A DNA stretch of 63,127 nt, filler included, from Olpidium bornovanus S191 (GCA_017911155.1; 30 parts of 30 records of this genome joined end to end with filler, not necessarily neighbours in it), one strand, 5' to 3'; numbered from the whole stretch's first letter, positions 34,252 to 46,731 are shown. Numbers and translations: made by a program. The notes: generated by a model not told the origin, from the letters alone.

Positions 34252-35532
34252 ATGAAAATTTACTCCCTGAACCTGTGTCGGAATGACCGGCGACCTCCGC
34301 AGCAGCTGGCCTCGGAGTTCGAGTTGTCGTCCTTTGGGTTTTTCCAGCGCTCGAGGTTAGCGGGGGGTCACCAGGAATGGGCGAAGGGAGGGTCGGAATG
34401 TGAAGAAAGGATTGAAAAAAAAAAGCGGGAACCGCCGCGGGTTCAATTACGGTCGCTTGGCGGGAGCGAGAGCGATGCCTTGTTCAAGATTGGCCGTTGT
34501 CAATGGGGGATAGGAAGCGGGAGGGGAGCGAGGAGGCGGCGGCGTGCCGATGTTGTGCGAAGCTCGCCGCCGAAACAGCCCTTAGTTCGTTCCTGGGGAA
34601 GGGCGGTCGTTTCGAAGCCGCAGGCACATTGACTTTGCCCGGTCTGTCCGCATGGAACGCAGCGTCGAGGAATTCATGAGGTTTTTTTTCGTCATGATCG
34701 CCGAGCGGACACGCCCGAACCAGCGGCAGAGCGTTGAGCAAGATCGTAAGGCCTCCGAAAACACTGAAGGATAATTGGAGACAGAGAACGAGCGGGAGAG
34801 GGGGGAGGGGGAGGAGAGATATATGCCTATCTATAGGAATGGCCATTCCTTTGTGCCTCCTGTTCCTCGGAGCAACACGCTCACCAACAGTTTCCCTGTC
34901 CAAAAGCGTATATTGGCCACGTCTACGCCCGCGGCGACGGCCTCTGCGGAATCGTTGTCACGGACAAGGAATACCCATCGCGCGTAGCGTTTATGCTGCT
35001 CAACAAAATACAGGACGACTTTGTATCCAAGAATCCGAATCCGGACCGCTGGGCGGCGGCGCAGTTTCCGGAACTGAAGGACTACATTGTCCGCTTCCAG
35101 GACCCAAAGCAAGCCGACTCTATAATGAGAGTTCAGCAGGAGCTGGATGAGACCAAAATTATTTTGGTGAGGGTCTCTGCTCTGTCGTCTTTGCATATAA
35201 CGCTGTTAAATGGATCCGTAATGTTGCATGTTTTGGCAGCGATCCCCAGTTGGCTTTTTGCTTATCGTTTATTTGGCATCGCCCTTTCTTGGTTTCGACT
35301 TTGCCGGACATCCAGCACAAGACAATCCAGGGCGTGCTGGAGCGCGGTGAAAACCTGGAAAATCTCATGGACCGTTCGGAAGAACTGTCGAATCAAAGCA
35401 AGATATTTCTTAAAACTGCAAAAAAGGTAGGGTTTCTCGCCGATTTTGTGACTGAACACGAGGGCAAATTGTGGCCTCACAACCATTTATATTTTTGTTT
35501 AACAGACAAATTCTTGTTGCATTGTCATGTGA
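34252..35532 (+). CDS. YKT6: R-SNARE Ykt6, complete
   Basis: MKIYSL...[10 protein letters not shown]...YIGHVY...[11 protein letters not shown]...[35 protein letters not shown].../TNSCCIVM* (CCAAX). Confidence 0.97.
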
Positions 35533-35897
35533 ACTGGGTGATGTGGAGAAATCCGTAATGTCCAAAAGCCTTTCTTTCTACTTTTCACACCCGGGCCGCC
35601 GGCCCGTCTTTTGCATAGCCACCAGCATACTTCATACCCGATCCGCCCACGTTTTTTTTTTTTTTTTTTTTTTTACAGTGGTTTAACTCTGCCGTTTGTC
35701 GAACAGCATTCCTCCCGGCCTCTTCCCAATCTGCAGTTCCTCTACTGTATTCTACTAGCGCCTTTGCTGTACCTGCGACACAGATAATACGAGTACTACC
35801 CGAACATGACGCGTAACAATGTGCAGCGGGGGCACGGTCGACAGCTTGCCTCGACCAGAATTTTTCCGCGCGGAAAGCTCGAACAGCTTGTTTGTCT

Positions 35898-36048
35898 TCA
35901 CCGATACAGAGCGTCCGGCATCTCGTGCATGCTGTGAACCTTCTCCCTGCTCTTGCCGAGCACAGCACCTTTCCTGCGCTCCCCAAAATCGATCCTACGC
36001 CACTCGTCGAAGCTGACGGGCCGTGCGGCACACGGACGCATCAGCTGC
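35898..36048 (-). CDS. ARH1: NADPH:adrenodoxin oxidoreductase, C-terminal end only
   Basis: RPVSFDEWRRIDFGERRKGAVLGKSREKVHSMHEM; compare FDXR [29 protein letters not shown]. Confidence 0.8.
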
Positions 36049-36148
36049 NNNNNNNNNNNNNNNNNNNNNNNNNNNNNNNNNNNNNNNNNNNNTTAATTAA
36101 TTAANNNNNNNNNNNNNNNNNNNNNNNNNNNNNNNNNNNNNNNNNNNN

Positions 36149-36373
36149 CCTGTCGGTGCCGCCGGTGACGAGGACGAGGGGGAACTTGCAGAACGCGAAG
36201 CAATTGACGCCCTTGTGGACGGTGGTGCTCGCGAACTTCCACTTCCCCTTGTTGCTGCACGTGCCCATGGAAGAAGGGAACGGAATGCTCGCGGCTTTTG
36301 TGATTCGCGCAAGGAAAGAAGGCAGACGACTGCTGTGATCCCCAGATGGCTGGACAGCCGCGGTGGACGTGAC
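36149..36373 (-). CDS. WD40-repeat fragment, WDR49/WDR64/WDR95-like
   Basis: TVHKGVNCFAFCKFPLVLVTGGTDR at the contig edge; no 5' exons identified. Confidence 0.45.
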
Positions 36374-37026
36374 CAGCCAGTGCGGCGTGCTCTCGAGTCA
36401 GCCCGGCCAGAAGGACAAAAACAAAAAAAGATTAAGAGTGCGGAGGCGGGAGTACGCGCCGGACGACAAGAGAGGCAAATCCGACTCTCCCCCTTTCTTT
36501 TGCTCGTGCAATTCCCAGGAGACCGCCATATAAAATAGGCCTGACGTAGCTAGCCCCAAAACAAAAACACGAACAACGAAACGTTCTCCGTACGTCTGCT
36601 TGTCTCCATTTTGGCGCCTCCGCGCTTCCGCCCGCCTGCTGCCCAAAATACAACACAACCCTCCCCCCCCCCCCCGCCTTATAGGCCGGAACTTTAAAAT
36701 TGTTGAGCAATTTTCCAAAATAATAGGTTCTGCGCTCCTGTCGATTAATTTATGAGTCCTCAATGGGGAAGCCTGGTGGCCTTGGTTGGCACTCGCTGCC
36801 CGCTTTTAGGGTCGGCCATCATCCACGCGGAAAGCCCCACGACGGAGGTAAATGGAGTATGGAAACATATAACTTACAAGTACATAAAACCAGAATGGAG
36901 AAATCAGTAGGTCGGCGCAGCCCACCTTCTCAGTCTTTTTATGAGTTTGCGAATAAGAAACGGCGAAGACAAGAACATGAACGAAGGGACACAAAAGAAG
37001 AAAAAAAAAACGAGGCTTTCCCCTCG

Positions 37027-37066
37027 CTACAATCCGGCAAAATTCGGGAATCCTCCGCCCTGCGCG

Positions 37067-37108
<42 letters not shown>

Positions 37109-37957
37109 GGTGGTTGTGTCTCAAACATGCCGGTTTGGAACCCCTGAGAAACGGGGACGGTGCCAAAACCGCCCATACTTTCTATTGCGCCCATTCCTCC
37201 CATGCCTCCCATTCCCGGGCCGGCCATCGGTCGCGTGCCGCCGCCACCGAGGTTGAGGTTGCCGAGCCCGAGCACATCCGCGTCCCCGGCAGCAGCCGTC
37301 GATCCCGGAACCGGCCCACCAAGCAGGTCCATGAGGTCGTCCATTGCCGAAGTCTTGGCACCTTGCGAGCCACCCGGCGCCGACGCCCCGGGCCCTGGCC
37401 CAGCGCTGACGGGCGTCGAAGCGTCCATACTGAAGTCAAGATCAAGCAGATTTTCGACGTTTCCGCCTGCCCGTGCCGCGCCCCCCGCCGCCGCTTCTTC
37501 CTCGTCCGCCCTGGTCCCACGTTTTCGTTCCCGCGGAAAAAGTCGCCGTCAGTGATTAGGCTCGGGTCGGTCGCACGCGGGCACGGCGAACGCATACGAT
37601 TGAACAAGAAAGCGGCGGACCGGATACTCACTCTTCCTGCGCTTTTTTCTGGATGTCAGCTGCTCCGATCCTACCTGTGCCCAGGAAAGCGCCAGGGGGT
37701 TTATGGTAAACGGAGGCGAGGGTTGAGATGTGGTAGATCATCTCGTCTAGCATTGAGTCCGGGACGGAGTTCGTCTCAAGTCCAATTGGTGGTTTGTCGC
37801 CCAAGACGACCGCCTTGGCGGCCTGCGGGTCAGTGGAGAGCAACCTCCAGTAGATGTACGCGCGGTCCCGAATGTCCGGGTTGTCGCACGCCGAAGTGGC
37901 GGTCTGCAGTACGCGCTGCACAGTCTCCTGACTCTGCTGCGGCTTCTTCAGGAACAG
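37027..37957 (-). CDS. AP-1/AP-2 beta adaptin, C-terminal part
   Basis: LFLKKP...[21 protein letters not shown]...LASVYHKPP, then a hinge with LLDLD and DDLMDLL motifs and a polyQ, ending FAGL*. Confidence 0.93.
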
Positions 37958-40018
37958 NNNNNNNNNNNNNNNNNNNNNNNNNNNNNNNNNNNNNNNNNNN
38001 NTTAATTAATTAANNNNNNNNNNNNNNNNNNNNNNNNNNNNNNNNNNNNNNNNNNNNCCCTGAATTCACCCCTGGAATCCTCTCCATAAAACCGGGTAGA
38101 CCAGCGGAATACAGACGCTCTTTGGAGCTCCTTCGAACCCGAATTCAACAGGGGGGGGGGGGGTTCGTTTTGTTGGAAAAAAGGGGGAAAGGGGGTCGGA
38201 CGTAGCCGGTGGCGCAGACTCCTGCGGGAATCATCCCTCCTTTCTTCCCCCTGTAAATCCCGCACGCCGACGCCATACAAAACAAACCGAAAACTTGTAG
38301 AAACTCTACAGCGTTCCGAACCACGCGGTGTGTCGTCTCCGCCCTCCATCCTTGGTCCCTCCATTGTGCACTCGTCTACCTTTATCTCCTTTGGTTCCAC
38401 GTCCGTCGTTCACGTTTTTCGGAGCTTTGTTTTATTTTTCCGCTGTATTTTTTTTTACCTTTTAACCGGGGTACGCCCGGTTTACACGCCCGGGTTAAAA
38501 GGTAAACACAGCGGAAAAAAAAATGCACCCCGGGTTTGATGCCGAAAAATTCTCCCGAGGTGCGCGCGATCCGTAGAACGGGGCGACAAGGAGAATACTT
38601 TCCGAGTCAGGAATCACGTAAATGCGCAGGTCCGAGGTATGATATTGCGCGTGGCGGCCAAATTCATACTGTGCACACACCGTCTGCGGTTCTTGTGGTG
38701 TTTCCCTCCGCGTCGGCGCTGGTGTTGTGGTGCGAGTTCCCGGGAAGCGCAAGCAAGGTCCGAGATGTGCGTTGCTTACTGTGAGCTTCGACCAACGAAG
38801 ATGAGGGGGGGGGGTGAAAGCAGACCTGCGGGCTACCGTGCTCAACGTGCCGGGAGACGGTGAAATTTCCTTTGACCGGGGCACGTGGATAAAAATTTTC
38901 CAGGGTCACGGCTCCATCCTTGGCTTCAAATGCGAACGGTTCCATTTCTCCTTCTGCAAATGAGACGAGAGCCTTGTTGCCGAGGCAAACTCGAACCTTT
39001 GCTACTTTGGAGCCCCCTCGACCTGATCCATGCCCCCGGTTCGTGCGTTATGTGGTATCTATCTGCGTGGAAATCCAGACGTGCCTCGGTTCTCGATGTC
39101 CGCGCAGGCATTCAACACGTCCGGCAGGCGTCAACCGACTTCTGGGAGCTGAGAGCAGCCCACGGCAAACTTCGGCTACTCCACCTTTCTCGCTGCCCTC
39201 TGGTTACATTGGGCCAAGAGAATCGGTGTACCGCAGGAGAAGCTCGCATATATGGCAGAAGAAACGGCACGTGGCCAACATATCCAGTCGGAGGGCACCA
39301 ACGCAAACAGAAGAAGGAAGGTAAGGAGTGGGGGTGAGGCGCATTGCCAAAAAAAAAATGGAATGAAAAAAATGCCTTCGAAGGGCGCCGACACTATGCG
39401 AGAAAAGGAGCTTGAGTGGCTGAGAATGGCAGGCAGTGCTGCTAGGTAAGATAGTTATCAGATGTTGGGTGTAGGAAGNNNNNNNNNNNNNNNNNNNNNN
39501 NNNNNNNNNNNNNNNNNNNNNNTTAATTAATTAANNNNNNNNNNNNNNNNNNNNNNNNNNNNNNNNNNNNNNNNNNNNAGCCCCACCTAATTTATTCTTT
39601 GTATTTCGCCGCCAATCAAGCCATGCGCCCCCAACTCCGCACTTCCCCTTCCCTCTCCTCCCTCCCTCCTCCCCGCCCCCGCCCCGCCCCCGCCCCCGTC
39701 CCTGCCCCCGTCCCCGCCCCCGTATCCTGAAGAGCAATGTGTAATTTTGGAAGTACGGCACGGTCGATCGCCGTCCCGACCGGCCGGAAAGCGAGGCCAC
39801 CGGCGGCGAACGTGGTGTGAAAATCCGGAAAAAATCTGGGAGAGGGCATGGTTTCTGCGACGGGGGTCCTAGACCGAACATAACTCGCTCTTTTTCTCAA
39901 GACAAAGAACATTTTGCGTCATGAAGGGGGGGGGGGGCAGGGGGGGTCGGGGGGGGGAGGGGAAATGTCACGCCGCGAAAAGCCCGGTTGAAGGGCTATG
40001 GGTCACCGCTGCGTTTGA

Positions 40019-40226
40019 CGTTGCCACTGGGGGCTTCGGTACGAAACGTCGACATCGATAATATCCGAACGCGGGCGAGGTTTTTGTTGAGATTGGAGGT
40101 CTCCGTCGCGATTTTCGTGGTATCCGGAGAGGTGTTAATCGACGTGTTTCGCACCTTGCAAAATCCCGATGAAGACCCGATCTAGCTGTCAAAATGCCTC
40201 AGAGGCCCGAACCGTCGCAACGGGGA
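40019..40226. repeat. Dispersed repeat, copy A (pair of 46108-46316)
   Basis: About 9 mismatches over the 172-nt core by manual alignment. Confidence 0.95.
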
Positions 40227-41882
40227 CTTTATGACCTGTGACGGTAGGGGCTGCAACCTGGGCGGGTAGGTCGCGCCCGGTCGCCCCTCGCGGCGACGTC
40301 CACCCCAGCTGAGGGATGCATTCGCCCCCCTCCCCCCTTCCCCCTCCCCCCCAAACACCTCCTCTTCCGCACGACACGCCCTTGCTGCCATGCAGGACTC
40401 GCCCCGTGGGCGACGCCGCGCAGGAGCTGCTGGACAGGTGCGACGCGGCGCGCGAGGAGGCCGCTCGCCTGGCGGCGGAGGCCCGAGCAGGGGCTCGCGG
40501 CGAAGCCAGAGGGCCGGTCCGCAAAAATGTTCGCCGGAATTTTCGACCGAAACCCGGGATGCGGGAGGATGGGGGACGGGGTGGGTGCCGGGGGGCAAAC
40601 CTTCTCTGTCTTTATCCCGAATCCGTTCTTTGTCCTGAGGAAGGCAAAATTTCTAATCTCTTCTCCGTTTTTCAAAGGAAAGAAAAAAAAAACAATGAAG
40701 AAACGCCACAAAAGAGTTCGGGCGCTGAGGCCCTACATCTCTGTCGTAGCGGGCAGCGGGGGGGCGCTCGAAGCCAATGTCCCCAGCATTGCGCATAATA
40801 CCAGGCGGCTCAACATGCGACCAACCGACANNNNNNNNNNNNNNNNNNNNNNNNNNNNNNNNNNNNNNNNNNNNTTAATTAATTAANNNNNNNNNNNNNN
40901 NNNNNNNNNNNNNNNNNNNNNNNNNNNNNNACTCCCGCTCTTTCTCTCCCACAGAGTGTGCGCCCGTTTTTTTTCTTTCCTTTTTTTTCGCAAATTTTGT
41001 TTTTTTCTTTTTGCCTTTGGCGCTCGAAGGGAAGAAGCGGGTTGCGGCGGGCGGAATTTTACCGGACCGCCGGGAGGGGCCGCAGTCCGCCCTCTTTCTT
41101 TTTTTTAAGAAAAAAAAAAAAAAAAGGGTTTTCCTCCGCTTCCTTCGGGACGGAAAACGCGCGCGCGCGGGGTTTTTTCTTGGCGATTTTTCCCGTCGGC
41201 CAAGTTTGGTTTTTTTTCTTTCTTTTCTTTTGTTTTTCTGGGGCGCGCGGACAGCCCACGTCCCCACTCCTCGGCAGACGGGCAAAGACCAGCGGACTTT
41301 TAAATAAGGCTATTTCGCGTTGCGGACGTGTTCCCCGGTAACGACGTCGGCGAAGACCTCGGGCCCTGGTGCCGCCGGCCTCCGCCGCCAGTAAGCGCCA
41401 TATGCGAACACCGGCGACTCAATTCCCCCCAACCCCCCGCCCCGGTGTTGCCGCCCGGCTTCTTCTCCAAGGTCTCCGGGCATCATCCCCTTTATCCTTT
41501 CCCGTGGCCCCCTCTTTCCCTTGGAGCGGCAGGACACGAGCGAAGCGCCCCTTCCATTTTCTTTTTCGTTTTTTATTTTTTTTAATTTTTTTTTTTTTTT
41601 TTTTTTTTTAGCCTTTTTTGAAAACGCCACGTCGGCAACGCGGCGGCCTTTTTACACGTCGGCGATCCCTCCGCCCCCACCCACCCACCCACCCACGCGG
41701 TCTTCCCGGGGAGCACGTATGTATGGGTTTGGGTTTCTTTCACAGCAGCCCCCCCGCGTTTCGTGCGCCGTAAGGAAACGTTTGCACGCGCCTGTTTTTG
41801 CGGGAAAAGAGGAACTTTCGCGCGTCCTGGGGGCGGTAGGAGTGGGGTGGGGGGGGGGGGGGGGGGGGGGGGGCCGCGGGGG

Positions 41883-41921
<39 letters not shown>

Positions 41922-42146
41922 CCCCCCCCGGAAAAAAAAAAAAAAAAAAAAAAAAACGCGTTTTTTTTTTTTTTTTTTTTTTGTTTTTTATTCGAGAGCC
42001 AACCGCACCCCACTACCCCACGCGCCGCGCGTAGCAGAAAGCTCCNNNNNNNNNNNNNNNNNNNNNNNNNNNNNNNNNNNNNNNNNNNNTTAATTAATTA
42101 ANNNNNNNNNNNNNNNNNNNNNNNNNNNNNNNNNNNNNNNNNNNNC

Positions 42147-43264
42147 ATGGAGCGCCTCGAGGCACAGGGAATCAGCCGGTCTGGCTCCTCAGCCGTCGAG
42201 AAAACTTCTTCTGACTCGATTCCGGCCGACGAAGTTCGTCGTATGTTCGAGCAGACGCAACAAGAGCTTGCTCGCAAGGACGCTCAAATCGAACAGTTGA
42301 TCAAGGCATTTTCACTACGCGAGGACGAGCCGCGGGGCTGCCGTGACTGTAGCCACGACCGCAACAAAGACTGGGAAGGCTCTCGCCGCCACGGCCCGTC
42401 TCCCGCTGAAAGCATCACCACGGTCGTTTCTTCAGGTACTCATGCGAGTCATGGGTTGTCCTCTGAAGAGAAAGACATACGCAAATCCTTGATCGCTGCG
42501 ATTCCCAAGTCCTCGGGCGAGGGCGCGACCTCGCTCTTCTTCACCTGGATCGCCGCCTTGAAGCGAGTCTTCAATTTTTTGCCCACGTCCGAGCGCGGCA
42601 AGATCGCCCTCGCAAACCCGTACCTGACATCCACCGCCCTCAAATGGTGGAATGTGTACAAGACCCATGTTGAGTCCAGAGCGGTCCCTGCTCTTACCAC
42701 CTTCGAGGAGCTCAAGGCGCGCTCCGAAAAAATTTTATTTTGGAGGACTACGAGCTTCGCCTGCATGAACAGCTTAATTCATGCACTCAGGACTCATGCG
42801 GAAACGTGGTTGCCTACAATCGGAGGATGCAAGATCTGTATCTCCAGATCTCCGGCGAGTCCGATGCCTCCAGGGTTGCCAAGTACCTCAGGGGTTTGCG
42901 CCCGTCGCTATGCACCTTGGTCAAGACAAACTTATCAAACCTTGACTCTTTTCAGAAAGTGATGGCCGCGGCAAATCGTCTCGCCAATCCCTCGGAGACG
43001 AATACGAACAAGAACAAGCGTACCGGTCCCACAGATGCATCTGCATCGACCGTGACCTCTTCCTCGTCATCTTCGCAGCAGAAGAAGAAGGGTCGGAAGG
43101 TCGGTAATGCGCAGAACAACAGCGGCAACCGCAACAACAACGCGGAGCGGCAACCGTGTTCACACTGTCACCAGCCCGGACACTCAGTTCAACGGTGCTG
43201 GCAACTTCATCCGGAGTTGCGTCCGAACAACAACGGCAACGCCAACCGCCATCCCGCAGCTTGA
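42147..43264 (+). mobile_element. gag: LTR retrotransposon gag (Retrotrans_gag-like + CCHC knuckle), frameshifted; no pol recognised
   Basis: WIAALKRVF...LTSTALKWW...TFEELKAR; a one-base shift at ~42730; then QLNSCTQ...YNRRM...KYLRGL...CSHCHQPGHSVQRCWQLHPELRP. Confidence 0.88.
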
Positions 43265-44608
43265 GTCGCCGCAACTGACGCCGAGCGACGTGTTTTTTCG
43301 GCATTCGTTGAGTCGGCCGACGACGCGATCGATGACATCACGGACACTCCTACCTCTCCCTCAAAATCCTTAACGGTTCACGAGCGCAGCGGGATCCCTC
43401 CACGGTCAGATGCTGGGGAGCATCATCGAATTGACAACGGAGCCCGGCCCCATCACGAGGCGAGTTGCTGTGAGGTTTTGGGATGTGAAAGCAGAGATTG
43501 CTCGATGAAACCAGTAATACCTCCCTCTCTGATGACGCATGATGTCACACCTGCAAGCACATCTGCAACCACCGCACTTGCGGAATACCAGTGGCAACGC
43601 CCATCGACGATTCGTACCGATGTCCCCAGTGGCAACGCCCATCGATTGCCCTACCGCGGCGGCCACCCGTGCCGAACGCCGCAACCCCTTTTCCGCGCCC
43701 CCTGACGAGCCAGCCCTTGGGCGCCTAGTGCCGCGTGTCTCCATTGCCGTCGATGCCCGCTTCAATCTCGTAGTAGCGGCCTTGCCTTCATTCCCCCCGG
43801 AAATGCTCCTGCCGACCGCGGGAAGCGAAGCGGCTTCCTTAGGCGGTCCTGCCGTCTGCCCTTCCGTCGATGTCCCTGTTGAAGGCTCTTGTGCCTGTCC
43901 CGCCTCCTCCTCGCCCTCTCGCGGCCCCTGCCTCGTCGTGAGTTCCGTTTCGCTCTCCTTAGTTCCGGGCGCGGCACTGGCTGCCGGACTTCCCCACGGC
44001 GTCTCCGGCACCGGCGTTCCTACCGGGGGCCCAGCTATGGTCGCCATGGTCACGCCGTCACCGCCCCCAGCCTCCGCGTCGCCAACGGACTGGAGAAAAC
44101 CCGGCCGTTGATAGTAGGGCAATATCTTCCATCCGGCACTTCTCGCTCGCATCTCCAAGACGTGAGCAGCGATCCGCTCTTCATTCTCCTCTGGCGACAA
44201 CGCGTGCCGGGGCGCGGTCCGGCTGCGTAGACCACATCCGGCAGGGGTGGCATCACCGGTTGTTTCTCCTTTCGACCGGACGATCGCCGGCGTCCCGCAA
44301 CCAACACCTCCAGCCGCTGGCCTTTTGAACTGCCGGCACTGTCGCCTTGCCCGGTGTCGGGCGATTCTGTGCTCGACGAGAGTTTTGCAGGACTGCNNNN
44401 NNNNNNNNNNNNNNNNNNNNNNNNNNNNNNNNNNNNNNNNTTAATTAATTAANNNNNNNNNNNNNNNNNNNNNNNNNNNNNNNNNNNNNNNNNNNNTGCC
44501 TTCCTCTCTCATCTCGATACCTCAAGCGTTTTTGGACGTGCCCTCCCCTCTTTTCCCCCCCGCCTCCCGCCGTTTTACCTCTCCAGAAAAACTCGTTTTT
44601 TCCGCTCG

Positions 44609-46500
44609 ATGGTCATGGTCGCTTGGACGATGGCGGCGGCGGCGGCGGCTGTCGCCGCCGCTGCGGTCTGTGCGCAAGCCTTCCCGGTGACCGCGGCCGA
44701 ACTCGCCCGCAACAGGGAGGTCAAGGCATACCGCAGGTGGATGCGGGGTTACATCGAGCGAGACAGGCGGCACCCGCGGAAGCGCAACCACGAGCTTCAC
44801 ATCCCGGCCGCTCTCCAGGAGGCCATCCGGAAGCGGAGCCCGGAGCCAGCAGCCGACCCGGCGGCCGCCCCGGCCGCTGACTCCGCCTCCGACCCGGCGG
44901 CCGCCCCGGCTTCCGACCCCGCCGCCGACCCCGCCGCCGTCCCCGCCGCCGTCCCCGCCGCCGTCCCCGGGGCCGTCCCCGCTGCCGACCCCGGGGCCGT
45001 CCCCGCTGCCGCCCCCGGGCCCGTCCCCGCTGCCGTCCCCGGCGCCGACCCCGGCGCCGATCCCGCCTCCAACCCGGCCACCGATCCCGCCTCCAACCCG
45101 GCCCCCGATCCCGCCTCCAACCCGGCTGCCGTCCCTGCCCCCGACCCCGCCTCTGGCCCCGCCGTGGTCCCCGCCGCCGACTCGGCCGCTGCCCCGGCCA
45201 CCGTCCCCGCCTCCAACCCGGCCGCCGTCCCTGACGCCGGTCCCGCCGCCGACCCCGCCGGCAAACCCGCCGCCGATCCCGCCGCCGATCCCGCCGCCGA
45301 TCCCGCCGCCAACCCCCCAGCCGATTCTGCCGCCGGCACAAGCGACGACGCCGACACCGACGACGGCGACGTGATCAGATTCGCCGGGAACAAGCCGTAC
45401 CACGTGCATCGCGTCATCCGCAAAAAGCAGGACCCGGAGCCCACCAAGGTGAAGCTGACGTACTACTGGATGAAGTCCCAGGAGAAAGGCCGCGACGAGG
45501 GCGACACCGAGCTGCGCTCGTGCGACGGCCAGCAGGTTTTCGGGACGGCGTCCAAGACGTTTGCGGAGAAGCTCCGCATGGAGGGCACCGGGTTCCTGCT
45601 CAGCGGGAAGGCCGTGAACCTGGGAGACTGCGACTGCGGAGACGGGTGGGTGCGGAGCGGGAATGGTTACGGGTGTTCGCCTGACGGGCGGGGGCGGGGG
45701 TGTGATGAGGAGAGGGGAGAGGTTAGGGAATTGAAAAGTTGCTGGGGGTAAATTTGACAGGAAAGTTTCTTCTTGATGTTTCCGCTCTGACGCTTTTCTC
45801 TCCCCAGGACAAACACGTTCGACTGCTTCATGGACATCACGGACGAGCCGGCCGCGCCCTACGGCTTAGGGGTCCAGAATATTCCTCTAAAGCCCTTTGT
45901 GTCTGTCGCGAACAACGACAAGATCCACCAGGTCGGGAGTGTCCTGTACGTCCCGGAACTCGACGGATTCAGGCTGCCACTGGGCAACAAGCACAACGGG
46001 TGCTTGCAGAGTGAGTAGTGTGATGATGGCTCCGAGCAAAAAGGAGAAGGTCGTTGACGGTTCGGAGGTAAAGAGGGGGAAGGTTTCTCCCCACTTCCCG
46101 CGTTAGGCGTTGCCACTGGGGACTTCGGTACGAAACGTCGATATCGAGAATATCCGAACGCGGGCGAGGTTTTTGTTGAGATTGGAGGTCTCCGTCGCGA
46201 TTTTCGTGGTATCCGGAGAGGTGTTAATCGGCGGGTTTCGCACCTTGCAAAAGCCCGATAAAAGCCCGATCTAGCTGTCCAAATACTTCAGGGGTCCAAA
46301 ACAGCGCAACGGAGAGTTCTCGAGCTGCAGCTGATGTCCCGTCTTTTTTTTTCGCTCTTCCCCCTTCCCCGCTGCAACCCCCCCCCCCACCCCACCCCAC
46401 ACCCCCCTCGTCGCTGCCGACAGAGGCTGACCATATTGGCCGCGGCGGGACGACCAATCAAATCGATTTCTTTGCGGTTCATGAGAAAGTCGGTGGGTAA
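44609..46500 (+). CDS. Secreted protein: signal peptide, Ala/Pro/Asp repeat stalk, C-terminal 3D (MltA-like) domain
   Basis: Exons 44609-45645, 45808-46010, 46424-~46500 give LTYYW...SCDG...FAEKLRMEGTG...VNLGDCDCGDGTNTFDCF...PYGLG...LKPFVSVANND...GSVLYVPELDG..LP...HNGCLQKADHIG...NQIDFF. Confidence 0.75.
44845..45330 (+). repeat. Imperfect 12-bp coding repeat array (DPAA/VPAA/NPAA units)
   Basis: Direct inspection and translation. Confidence 0.9.
46108..46316. repeat. Dispersed repeat, copy B, inside intron 2 of the 3D-domain gene
   Basis: Near-identical to 40019-40226. Confidence 0.95.
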
Positions 46501-46731
46501 GGGGGTAGGGGATGTCGGCGTTTGGAAGATAGGGAGAGAGAGAGAAAAAGAAAAGAAACAGAGAGAGATAATGAGGGAAAGAATCGCCCGGCAGTTCCAN
46601 NNNNNNNNNNNNNNNNNNNNNNNNNNNNNNNNNNNNNNNNNNNTTAATTAATTAANNNNNNNNNNNNNNNNNNNNNNNNNNNNNNNNNNNNNNNNNNNNC
46701 ATGCCCAAGCCGTTACAGGGCAAGAACTTAC

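Noticed and set aside
38058-39478. Coding fragments (e.g. YEFGRHAQYHTSDLRIYVIPDSESILL)
   Set aside because: Probably exons, but strand, frame and family could not be supported.
40931-42045. ORFs in this contig
   Set aside because: Dominated by homopolymer runs; nothing interpretable.
42726-42745. Programmed -1 frameshift in gag
   Set aside because: The AAATTTT heptamer is not in the zero-frame phase and the shift falls mid-Gag; a one-base deletion explains it.
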